Both the position numbers and the translations under genes were made by a program. Shown one piece after another: positions 55,960-64,000 of a stretch of DNA of 64,000 nt (position 1 is the first letter of the stretch; the number at the start of each line of letters is the position of its first letter). The stretch comes from Methanobacteriota archaeon (GTDB lineage Archaea > Thermoplasmatota > Poseidoniia > Poseidoniales > Thalassarchaeaceae), in assembly GCA_004195715.1 (NCBI GenBank), contig PSPX01000003.1, positions 5,232 to 69,231 of the forward strand. The letters run 5' to 3'. The notes beneath the pieces are model-generated. The model ran no database searches. It was not told the DNA's origin and was given only the letters and a program-made list of their open reading frames with translations.

Positions 55960-56850
55960 ATGTTGCTGGACGGGCGCTGGACAGGCCCCATCCTCGACCA
56001 GCACATGCACCTCGATCGTTCCAATAGGTTCCTCGACGCAGTCTCGGAATTCACTCTCGCCGGTGGCACCGGGATTATGCTAGTCCACAAGCCTAGCTTC
56101 TCTTCGGACTTGCCTACAGATTTAGACGGCTACCGGAGAGCCTACTCGGACACACTTAGTATGGCTGAGGAAGTGAGGGCTGCATACGGAATCGAAGTGA
56201 GAGTCGTACTCGGCCCACACCCCGTCGTCTGGGAGCACCAGATCGAGCCGCTTGGCCTCAAGAGAGCGACAGAGCTCCACCTCGAAGCAGTAAACCTCGC
56301 GCTTGACCACATAGAAGCAGGAGATGCTGTCTGCCTCGGAGAGGTAGGAAGGCCGCACTACCCGGTCTCGGATGAGATTTGGAGCGCTGCCAATGAGATG
56401 CTCAGAGAGGTCATGACGATGGCTGCCGGAGCCGGCACGTCGATACAACTGCATGTCGAGGACAACGGTGAGGCTACCTGTCGAGAACTCGCAACTCTGT
56501 GTGACGAGGCGGGACTTGCTCGCAACCGAGCGATTCGTCACTACGCGCCCGCTGACGTCGGCACCAACTTCACACACGGTCTCGCCGCCACCGTGAGTGT
56601 TGGCAGAGGAAGTGTGGAAACCATCACTGCTACCGCTGCCAGTGCCAGCGCCCCTTGGGGTATGGAGACCGACTTCCTCGACGACCCGCGCAGACCGGGT
56701 GCGGTTCTCGGCCCCAAGACCGTGCCCAAGCGCACGCAGCAACTGTGTGCTGCTCTGCAGGCATCCGGTTGGGACGATGACGAGGTGAGCGAGCTGATGA
56801 GTAGCATCCACAATGATTGGCCGGCACAGCTCTACTCAGTAGGTAACTGA
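55960..56850 (+). CDS. TatD-family metal-dependent hydrolase
   Basis: 296 aa. N-terminal ILDQHMHLD (HxH) and downstream metal-ligand His/Glu/Asp pattern of TIM-barrel amidohydrolase / TatD. Confidence 0.6.
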   Translation: MLLDGRWTGPILDQHMHLDRSNRFLDAVSEFTLAGGTGIMLVHKPSFSSDLPTDLDGYRRAYSDTLSMAEEVRAAYGIEVRVVLGPHPVVWEHQIEPLGLKRATELHLEAVNLALDHIEAGDAVCLGEVGRPHYPVSDEIWSAANEMLREVMTMAAGAGTSIQLHVEDNGEATCRELATLCDEAGLARNRAIRHYAPADVGTNFTHGLAATVSVGRGSVETITATAASASAPWGMETDFLDDPRRPGAVLGPKTVPKRTQQLCAALQASGWDDDEVSELMSSIHNDWPAQLYSVGN

Positions 56851-57081
56851 AGCTTAGGGGAAATCACCATCGCGGCCCCTATCACGAATAGCAGGAGAGT
56901 CAACGCGAAACCTTGAAACTCACCCAACGGAATCTCGTACCCCAGCTCCGATAGACCCATTCTCCAGAGGGGTCCATTGATTGGCATAAACACCAGCATC
57001 AGCACGACTCCGAGCTTCTGTCGCGTCTGCACGTGAGTTCGACAGAGGTCCGGTAAATGAACTGAGCGCAGGAGGATTTGA

Positions 57082-57158
57082 TGGTGCGCTCTGGGGAATT
57101 CGAATCCCCGTGGACGGGTTGGAAACCCGTAATCATAACCAGACTAGATCAAGAGCGC
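57082..57158 (-). tRNA. tRNA-Gly (anticodon TCC), CCA encoded
   Basis: Reverse complement reads GCGCTCT...acceptor/AGAGCGC, anticodon stem ACGGG/CCCGT with loop TTTCCAA, T-arm GGGGA-TTCGAAT-TCCCC, discriminator A, CCA. Confidence 0.75.
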
Positions 57159-57251
57159 GTTGACTCTCCGAACCGAGACATCCTCTAAACCGATTCGGTG
57201 AGAAAATTACCAGAGTGAAGCATTCAAACACCTCCCTCCTACCGGGGGGAT

Positions 57252-59144
57252 GTGTCACAGGACGACGATGCTCCCGCTCCGGGTATAGCAATCAGCAAGG
57301 ATGCCTCCGACACCATCGACGAGAAACAGATAATCGGCCGCAAGATATGGCGAATAGTGCCCTATATCAAGCGTTATTGGAGGCGTGCCGTCGGAGGTTT
57401 TGCTGCTAACGCAGCGGCACGAGCATTCGATTTGATTCCATTCGTGATGATTGGGGCAGCAGCGGATTGGTACCAGAGTGAGACGTACACAAATTCCACT
57501 CTCAAGTCCCTAGTAAATTCAGAGCACCTGCCTTCGTTAGGCCCTATTGGATCCATAGAGTTTGGCTTCGGTCTGCTAATTCTAGTATCATTCGTATTCC
57601 TTGCTGTCTTCCAAGGAATCAGCGAGTACCTATGGCAGTCTACTGCATACAAGGTCCAGCACGATATCCGGATGGAGGCGACGACCAGTCTTATGGCAAT
57701 GGAGGCGTCCTACTTCGAGACTAGGCAGACAGGGAATCTGATGGCTGTTCTCTCTGCAGACGTGGCTCAGTTAGAGGACATAGTATCCGACTCATCGACC
57801 TCGATAATTCGAATTTTAATTACTTTCACCACGGCTTTCGCCATCATGTACTGGATGTCCCCTACTTTGGCGCTCATTCTCTTCATCCCACTTGTCCTAG
57901 TGATTCCCATGGTAATATGGTTCAGTACGCGCGTGCAGCGCCGCTACAGGAAACAGCGTGAGAGCACCGGTGGAATCGTCGCCATACTCGAGAACGTTCT
58001 AGCAGGAATCGTCACCGTTCAGGCCTACAATGCAGGCGATTTCGAGCGTTCTCGCGTTGAGAGAGAGAGTGCTGACTACCGCGACCAGGCCATCCATGCC
58101 GCTAATCTGCGCAACCGATTCATCCCAGGCATCTATGTGGTCGCAGGACTCTCATTCGGACTGTTGGTATCCGCAGGTGGTTGGCTCATGGAGTCCGGAG
58201 AGATCACGGTTGGTCAGTTCGTGACCTTCCTTTTGATCAGCACGCGTATGACGATGCCCATGTTCATTTTGGGGATGCTTCTAAACCAACTCCAGAGGGG
58301 AGAAGCCGCCTCCAAGCGAGTGTTTGCACTAATCGACCTCGAACCGTCTATTTTTGACAAGCCAGACGCTATCCCTCTCGCCAGCCCGATTCGCTCGATT
58401 TCGTTTGACGACGTCACCTTCGCCTATCCTACATCGAAGGCCAACGTGCTCAATGGAATCTCGTTCTCCGCATCATCGGGAGAGTTCCTCGGGGTGATGG
58501 GGCACACCGGTGCCGGCAAGAGCACCATCCTCAAGCTGGTCGAGAGATTCTATGAGCCCCAGCATGGCACAGTGAAGATCAACGGCATAGACATCAACGA
58601 CTACGCCATCGCCTCAGTACGCGACAGAATCGGCTTCGTATCTCAAGATCCCTTCATGTTCTACGGCGACGTGAAGTCCAACGTCTCCTATGCCCGTGAG
58701 GCATCAGACGACGAGATTCAGAAAGCCCTCGAGACCGCAGGTGCGTGGGAGTTCGTCTCCCGACTCCCAGACGGCGTCGACACGATGGTCGGCGATCGCG
58801 GCGTCATGCTGTCCGGGGGGCAGAGGGCCCGTATCGCTCTGGCTCGCGCCCTTCTCAAGAGCCCAGACTTGCTCATTCTCGATGAGGCCTCAGCGGCTCT
58901 TGACGCCGAGACCGAGAAGCGCATACAGATGTCTCTCTTCGACGGCTCAAACGGGGATTCGAATAGAATTACCATCGCTGTAGCCCACCGGCTTGCGACT
59001 ATACGCAAGGCCGATGAGATAGTGGCTATGGTCGATGGTGTGATTGTCGAACGAGGTATTCACCGAGAACTCTTAGACAATGAAAACGTGTACGCATCGC
59101 AGTGGATGATACAGACTGGTGAACTAGGTACGGCAGAGATCTAG
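57252..59144 (+). CDS. ABC transporter, fused permease/ATP-binding (ABCB/MsbA-like exporter)
   Basis: 630 aa. 6-TM N-terminal domain, then GHTGAGKST (Walker A), LSGGQRARIALARAL (signature), LILDEASAALD (Walker B). Confidence 0.85.
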   Translation: MSQDDDAPAPGIAISKDASDTIDEKQIIGRKIWRIVPYIKRYWRRAVGGFAANAAARAFDLIPFVMIGAAADWYQSETYTNSTLKSLVNSEHLPSLGPIGSIEFGFGLLILVSFVFLAVFQGISEYLWQSTAYKVQHDIRMEATTSLMAMEASYFETRQTGNLMAVLSADVAQLEDIVSDSSTSIIRILITFTTAFAIMYWMSPTLALILFIPLVLVIPMVIWFSTRVQRRYRKQRESTGGIVAILENVLAGIVTVQAYNAGDFERSRVERESADYRDQAIHAANLRNRFIPGIYVVAGLSFGLLVSAGGWLMESGEITVGQFVTFLLISTRMTMPMFILGMLLNQLQRGEAASKRVFALIDLEPSIFDKPDAIPLASPIRSISFDDVTFAYPTSKANVLNGISFSASSGEFLGVMGHTGAGKSTILKLVERFYEPQHGTVKINGIDINDYAIASVRDRIGFVSQDPFMFYGDVKSNVSYAREASDDEIQKALETAGAWEFVSRLPDGVDTMVGDRGVMLSGGQRARIALARALLKSPDLLILDEASAALDAETEKRIQMSLFDGSNGDSNRITIAVAHRLATIRKADEIVAMVDGVIVERGIHRELLDNENVYASQWMIQTGELGTAEI

Positions 59145-60226
59145 TCTCTAGTCCGGTCGTCTATCTGGAGGCCTGAGTTTCCAGTGAATATCCTCCACCA
59201 GCCCCGTAGCACACCCATTCCATAGTTCCAGTGCAGGACGAAAGTGGTAATCGAGGATAGGAAGACAGTCTTGGGCGTCCGGCAAGGTGAGCTGCCCTTG
59301 GCAGCGCCGTACCAGGCAATCAGGTTGTACAGCACGATGAGGCTGACCAAGGAATGAACTCCTGCCCTCGGCCAGCCCATCGGAACAGCCTCTAGCGAGA
59401 TGTCCCACCACGGCGAGCCTAGCCCGCCGTTGTCCAGCCCCCAGAAGAAGAACACGAAGGCACTGACAACAAGTGGCGGGAACATAGCTACCATGACGTG
59501 ACTCCAGGTTCTCAGTTCGTGATGCTCGTGGCTGGCCAGACTTCTGACCAGTCCGTAGTTTCGAATCTGTTTCTTGACACTCGACAGGTCGCGCCTGCGG
59601 TGCCACATCACTGCTTCCGGATCTGTCCAAAGTCGATATCCGGCCTGTCTTATCCTGTGGTCGAGAATCACATCTTCGGCCCCGATGCATCCGTCTGGGA
59701 ATCCACCAACCTCTGCGAGGACAGAACGGCGGTAGGCCGAATTGACACCGGGCAGTTGATCGACCTCTTCGAGCGCGCCCTCCCCCTTCCTACCGTAGTT
59801 GGTTCCGGCAGTGAATATCCTGCTGCAGAAGCTGACGTCGATAATCTGCTGCTGCAGCGTCGAGCTCTCTGGGGGTGCGAAGTTCGGGCCGCCTACGCCT
59901 GCGACTTCGGACTGCTCGAACCAGTGGGCCAGTTTCTCTACCCATTCCTTGGGCACGATGACATCGTCATCAGTAAACATCACCAGATCTGATTCCGTCG
60001 AATCAAGTGCGATGTTGCAGGCATCAGCGCGAGTGCGTGAGCCAGCATCGTCGATGAATCGAAGACTTCTGGATTCAGCCTGCTGTCTGCCGGAATCTCC
60101 ACTCGGTCCAACCACTACAACCTCAAGCGGGCCGTAGTAGGTCTGGGCCATCAGACCGTCCAGCGCAATGCCAAGTTCGTTTGCATTGCCAACACTCGGT
60201 ATTACAACGCAGACAGAGCGGCCCAT
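59141..60226 (-). CDS. Family 2 glycosyltransferase with C-terminal membrane domain (dolichyl-phosphate sugar synthase / AglD-like)
   Basis: 361 aa. VCVVIPSVGN...LVMFTDDDVIVP (DxD), GT-A fold, and 3-4 C-terminal TM helices. Confidence 0.8.
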   Translation of the reverse strand: MGRSVCVVIPSVGNANELGIALDGLMAQTYYGPLEVVVVGPSGDSGRQQAESRSLRFIDDAGSRTRADACNIALDSTESDLVMFTDDDVIVPKEWVEKLAHWFEQSEVAGVGGPNFAPPESSTLQQQIIDVSFCSRIFTAGTNYGRKGEGALEEVDQLPGVNSAYRRSVLAEVGGFPDGCIGAEDVILDHRIRQAGYRLWTDPEAVMWHRRRDLSSVKKQIRNYGLVRSLASHEHHELRTWSHVMVAMFPPLVVSAFVFFFWGLDNGGLGSPWWDISLEAVPMGWPRAGVHSLVSLIVLYNLIAWYGAAKGSSPCRTPKTVFLSSITTFVLHWNYGMGVLRGWWRIFTGNSGLQIDDRTRD

Positions 60227-60263
60227 GGCTCGCCGCCCTAGTCCGACCTCAAGAGTTCACGGG

Positions 60264-61010
60264 TCAGTCGTTAGTCACTCGGGGCGCTAGGAAGTACGTC
60301 CAACTCGCTCCGCCATCATTACTGTTCCAGTCCAGCCTCAATGGGTACTTGTCTTGAAACTGCATACGAATGTCTTGGGTCAATCCAGAGGCGAGTTTCC
60401 TCGTCAGAGGGTCGAGGAATTGCAGGCTGTAGGTGCCTTGGGTAGGCGAGGGGCAGACCAACTCGCTGAGTTCACCGGACTCGAAGCGTACATTGACTCC
60501 TTCGCCAGCCTCAACGGTCACGCTTATCCGCAGCTCCTTACTGTCAAGGCTTAGATCTACTAACTCACCTACAAACTTGGCCGCCCTGAGTGCTCTGGAG
60601 AGCTTCTCCGCCCCGATGGCGGCACTGCAGTCGAAATCAAGAACTGGAAGTTTAGGTTCCTGCATGGAACCGGTGTCGAGTCCGCGCAGTATTCTGTGGA
60701 CCTCGCCGACTCTTACATTGACTGCTCCGACCGCGTCATCGTAGTCAATTTCGACCAGGTCGCCCGGGCCAGCGAGAGTCAGGAGGTCACGCAGTTTGCC
60801 TAGTTCCAGTCCAATTTCGACCGGCTCGACTTCGTAGGTCTCGAAGCAGGCGTCTGAGATGGTAGCGCTAAGGAGGGCAACGTGAGAACCGTCGACAACG
60901 TTCACTGTCAGTCCTTTCTCTCCCCAGCTCAACTTCGCTTCTTCGGTCAGGACCGAGAGCAAATCGACAATCTCCCTCATCAGTTGAGTATTTGCCGTCA
61001 CTCTCAGCAT
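60264..61010 (-). CDS. pcn: DNA polymerase sliding clamp PCNA
   Basis: 248 aa. Two-domain PCNA fold with N-terminus MLRVTANTQLMREIVDLLSVLTEEAKLSWGEKGLTVNVVD. Confidence 0.9.
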   Translation of the reverse strand: MLRVTANTQLMREIVDLLSVLTEEAKLSWGEKGLTVNVVDGSHVALLSATISDACFETYEVEPVEIGLELGKLRDLLTLAGPGDLVEIDYDDAVGAVNVRVGEVHRILRGLDTGSMQEPKLPVLDFDCSAAIGAEKLSRALRAAKFVGELVDLSLDSKELRISVTVEAGEGVNVRFESGELSELVCPSPTQGTYSLQFLDPLTRKLASGLTQDIRMQFQDKYPLRLDWNSNDGGASWTYFLAPRVTND

Positions 61011-61068
61011 GGAATCACCTCGTTACATATCTCCTATAAATCGAAGGTCTTTCATTCATTCGGGACAC

Positions 61069-61449
61069 TTATTGGTATTCTCGGAAACGCTTGTCACAAT
61101 TTTTGCATTGGCAAATTTTAGTTTCTGGTTCATCACTTGACCTAGTTTGCTTGAGTTCGACGAATATCTCGTTACAATCACACACAGGGCAGCGAATGTC
61201 CCCCACTCTGAGAGTACCTCGAGCTATTTCCGGCTCAACGACTTCGGTTAAATGCTTGAGCGATTTTTCATCGCCTGTGGCAGTGGCGCTGGTCAGATCC
61301 ACCGTCTCTCCAGTCATCGGGTCGGTGAAAGTGCCTCCTGAACCGTCTCTGCCAGTCAGAGGTCCCTCGTATTTACACTGGTAATTGTCGCATCTGATGT
61401 TCCCTGAAGAATCGGGGTATGACAGTGCACCACATTCAGGACAAAACAC
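61069..61449 (-). CDS. tfs: Transcription factor S (TFS) / RNA polymerase subunit M
   Basis: 126 aa. N-terminal Zn ribbon CPECG...CDNYQC and C-terminal TFIIS-type ribbon CPVCDCNE...QTRSSDEPETKICQCKNC with the acidic hairpin. Confidence 0.9.
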   Translation of the reverse strand: MFCPECGALSYPDSSGNIRCDNYQCKYEGPLTGRDGSGGTFTDPMTGETVDLTSATATGDEKSLKHLTEVVEPEIARGTLRVGDIRCPVCDCNEIFVELKQTRSSDEPETKICQCKNCDKRFREYQ

Positions 61450-61614
61450 CGCTATCGAACACCTAGTCGGTTAAACGCCAACCGAACAGCGACATCCAAA
61501 CCATCTATTGAACTATCGCTTATGCGCACCAGTGGAAAAGCCCGAACTCAGTCCCTATTGAGCGACTTAAATGGGACCGCACCGTTGAAGCGAAGCCGGC
61601 ACTACGGAGTAATC

Positions 61615-62616
61615 ATGCGTATTCACTACGATTGGAGGCTTGCTAGAGTCGTCGATTCCGACGGCGAAGTCTTTGACGAGTTGGGTTGGTCGCCCAAAAG
61701 GTCTGTCCGCGCTTTGGCAGACCGACTGTCAGACCTGCAATCGGGCAGGATGAGCCCCGAGGCGAGAACCCTCAGTAAGAGATTCCCGGATGCTGAGGCG
61801 GATGGAATGGCGGCGATGTCGGACCCCGACTGGCCCGAGCTTGAGGCTGAGGAACAAGAGATGCTCTCTGAGGCAGCGGCTATACTGGCCAAGCGAGGAG
61901 TGGCCGATGCCGCTGCCGACCTCGACCGACGACTCGACATGCTGTCTTCGGCGGCGATTGAACTGAGGTCATCGTGGACCACCAGTGAGGCGAGATGTAT
62001 CGAATGGGCAGGGCTGTTTTTGTCCGAGGTGGATTTAGATGGGCAGAGGCGAGAAATTCCAGCAGCTGTAGCTGAGGCTGAATCGATTGATGCAGTCGCT
62101 GTCGCACTCGATGTCGCAACCCCCGCACACCAGCCCGAGCAGGCCGAGTGGGTGGCCTTGAATGGCCATGCGGTTGGCGTTGTTGCTCTGGCAGAGAGGC
62201 TGGGAGTGGCCGAGGCGGCCACGCGTGAACTCGCGCGTCAGTACGTACCCACCCTGAGTATGCTAGTCGGCCCGTTAGGAGCTGCTAGGCTAGTGGTGTT
62301 AGCAGGAGGTCGCGAGAGACTGGCCAGAATGCCGAGCGGCAGCCTACAGGTCCTCGGGACCCGTGGTGCCATGGCTGCCCATCGCAGGGGCGCTCCCTCG
62401 CCCAAGCATTCGCCCGTTCTGTTCTCTCTGCCACAGGTCTCGAGATCTCCTCGATGGGTCAGGGGAAAGATTGCCCGATACATGGCTGGTAAGTGTTCGA
62501 TTGCGGTTCGCGTCGATCACTTCGACGGCGAGTCGTGGAGTGAGGAAAGGATAGCAGAGATCAACCAAGAGTGCGAGAACATCCGCGAGAGGTTCCCAAA
62601 GCCACCAAGGAGGTGA
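61615..62616 (+). CDS. C/D box snoRNP protein Nop5 (Nop56/58 homolog)
   Basis: The ORF runs from 61522, but the conserved start MRIHYDW... is at ATG 61615. C-terminal Nop domain: LVGPLGAARLVVLAGGRERLARMPSGSLQVLGTRGAMAAHRRGAPSPKHSPVLFSLPQV...RGKIARYMAGKCSIAVRVD. Confidence 0.85.
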   Translation: MRIHYDWRLARVVDSDGEVFDELGWSPKRSVRALADRLSDLQSGRMSPEARTLSKRFPDAEADGMAAMSDPDWPELEAEEQEMLSEAAAILAKRGVADAAADLDRRLDMLSSAAIELRSSWTTSEARCIEWAGLFLSEVDLDGQRREIPAAVAEAESIDAVAVALDVATPAHQPEQAEWVALNGHAVGVVALAERLGVAEAATRELARQYVPTLSMLVGPLGAARLVVLAGGRERLARMPSGSLQVLGTRGAMAAHRRGAPSPKHSPVLFSLPQVSRSPRWVRGKIARYMAGKCSIAVRVDHFDGESWSEERIAEINQECENIRERFPKPPRR

Positions 62617-62620
62617 GAGG

Positions 62621-63334
62621 TTGGCGCGTAAGCCAGTAAAACTCGCTTGGGGGGTCCGTCGTGAGGGTCGTTCTCTGTGGACTAGGAACGCCGTTCGCGG
62701 AGTCTCAGTCAGAGGCGAGCGCAGAAAGACGGATTCTCGAATAGAATGGAGGTCTTGGGATCCCACGCGCTCCAAGGTCGCAGCAGCCCTGCTGCGAACC
62801 AACGGCGACCCCTCGAGGCTGCTTCCAGAGACAGGCTCGACATGCCTCTATCTGGGTGCGTCGTTCGGCTCTACAGTTTCACACATACACGACCAAGTCT
62901 GTGGATCTCAAAATCACCACGGAGGACAAGTCGTGGCAGTGGAGATAGCTCCTCGAGCTATGCGCGACCTGTCGGAACTGTCTTGCCGCAGGCCCGGACT
63001 CGTCCCTGTTCTCGGCGATGCTAGGCAGCCACAGACAATAGCTCCCTACATCCGCAGTCAGGCAGACTGGATGCATCAGGACCTCAGTATCGCAGATCAG
63101 GCCAAGACCTTCGTTAGAATGGCCGGTGCGTTTCTCAGACCCGGCGGCACTGGTCTGTTGTCACTGAAGGCGGCAAGCGAGAGATCTTCGGACGGCGATG
63201 ACGACAGCAGGTTCGCGAAGGCCGCGAAGATACTCCAAGAGTCCAACCTCGAAGTGGTCGAAAGAATCGACCTGAAAGGGCTCGAAGAACAGCACGTTGT
63301 TTTCCTAGTTAGGAAGACAGCCCATTCAGGTTAA
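62621..63334 (+). CDS. flpA: Fibrillarin-like rRNA/tRNA 2'-O-methyltransferase
   Basis: 237 aa. RIEWRSWDPTRSKVAAALL, CLYLGASFGSTVSHIHD, VVAVEIAPRAMRDL, VPVLGDARQP. Confidence 0.9.
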   Translation: MARKPVKLAWGVRREGRSLWTRNAVRGVSVRGERRKTDSRIEWRSWDPTRSKVAAALLRTNGDPSRLLPETGSTCLYLGASFGSTVSHIHDQVCGSQNHHGGQVVAVEIAPRAMRDLSELSCRRPGLVPVLGDARQPQTIAPYIRSQADWMHQDLSIADQAKTFVRMAGAFLRPGGTGLLSLKAASERSSDGDDDSRFAKAAKILQESNLEVVERIDLKGLEEQHVVFLVRKTAHSG

Positions 63335-63736
63335 TTCAGACCATCCAACGCCGAGTAAAGCCGCGCCGAACACCACGCCGATGACATACATAGCCAGTGA
63401 CAAATAATTCATCACTAAGCCAGCAAGGGCCTCGTTACGAGAGAGACCATTCATCTCTTTTGAGGCTTTGAAACCCATATGACCAAACACAATTCCAGCA
63501 ATGGTCGTGAATGGTGCAAGACATGCGGTGAAGCACACAAAACCGGCTGTTATATGGCAAACCCAAGTTGCAATTCCCAGCCACATTGAATATGTGGCGA
63601 AGTCGTTCGCCTGCGGGACCGGAAGCATCGGCTGTTGGTAGGCCCCGGTTCCAGCATACGGGTTGAACTCTTGAGAATTTCCAGATTCGGCACTCGGCGT
63701 GCCGGAGAGTACCACCGTCTCTGGAGCATCTTCCAT
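63326..63736 (-). CDS. Small membrane protein (DUF4190-like)
   Basis: 136 aa. Gly/Gln-rich N-terminus, then two TM helices with GIVFGHMGF and [10 protein letters not shown]. Confidence 0.4.
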   Translation of the reverse strand: MEDAPETVVLSGTPSAESGNSQEFNPYAGTGAYQQPMLPVPQANDFATYSMWLGIATWVCHITAGFVCFTACLAPFTTIAGIVFGHMGFKASKEMNGLSRNEALAGLVMNYLSLAMYVIGVVFGAALLGVGWSELT

Positions 63737-63810
63737 GGACCCCGATACTGATAGTGCAATTGAAACTATCTTGGCGTCAGTATCATGGAGTCGAATGGGT
63801 TCAGCGGGTC

Positions 63811-64000
63811 ATGCCAGAGTTACCGGAGGTCGAGACTGTCAGACGAGGTCTTGAACGCCATCTCAACGGTCAGCGCATAGAAAATGTCGAACTGCGCCGA
63901 CCCGATCTTCGTTTCTCGTTTCCCGAAGGATTCGCGTCTAGACTGAAGGGCAGATTGGTCGAGCGCATAGATAGGCGCGCGAAATACCTCCTGATTAGAC
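63811..64000 (+). CDS. mutM: Formamidopyrimidine-DNA glycosylase (Fpg/MutM). Partial: runs off the window end.
   Basis: Starts [28 protein letters not shown], the canonical Fpg/Nei N-terminus with catalytic Pro2 and Glu3. Confidence 0.75.
   Translation, partial: MPELPEVETVRRGLERHLNGQRIENVELRRPDLRFSFPEGFASRLKGRLVERIDRRAKYLLIR

Noticed and set aside
56832-57032. 66-aa minus-strand ORF (small hydrophobic protein) next to tRNA-Gly(TCC)
   Set aside because: It is short, lacks a convincing start context, and lies in the region expected to hold the tRNA promoter. It may still be a real small membrane protein, but I cannot support it.

Overview
The window reads as a high-GC (roughly 57-58% by eye) chromosomal segment of an archaeon. 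The evidence is a group II chaperonin (thermosome), Orc1/Cdc6, PCNA, transcription factor S, a Nop5-fibrillarin pair, archaeal-type PPAT fused to a DUF359 GTP-dependent dephospho-CoA kinase, and secreted proteins rich in N-glycosylation sequons that end in C-terminal membrane anchors. Mixed in are bacterial-type genes (DnaK, bacterial-type ThrRS, Fpg/MutM, class I FBA plus GlpX). A Thermoplasmatota / Marine-Group-II-like euryarchaeon is a reasonable guess, but that lineage call is inference only. Coding density is high and most genes are housekeeping: CTP synthase, carbamate kinase, NadA, Mrp/ApbC, MoaC/MoaE, aldehyde dehydrogenase, biotin carboxylase, and an ABC exporter with a GT2 glycosyltransferase. 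I read four tRNAs directly from the sequence: Gly-GCC, Gly-CCC, Pro-CGG and Gly-TCC. The most unusual loci are: (1) a ~3.4 kb insertion-like block at 39.7-43.1 kb, with two tandem paralogous small winged-helix genes, a 254-bp AT-rich spacer carrying GAAATG repeats, and an 873-aa orphan protein whose N-terminus belongs to the same wHTH family, followed by a 360-bp GC-rich non-coding gap with ~60-bp periodic repeats; (2) orc1/cdc6 next to a ~400-bp AT-rich region with dyad and G-string elements, a candidate oriC; (3) a heat-shock locus (thermosome <-> Met-rich sHSP + dnaK) lacking grpE/dnaJ; (4) a PaaA-like diiron oxygenase embedded in a beta-oxidation-like operon; (5) an EF1A-like protein with degenerate GTPase motifs; (6) a divergent two-repeat TBP-fold protein; (7) a frameshifted M17 aminopeptidase. 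No CRISPR arrays, rRNA genes, IS elements or recognizable defense genes were seen.
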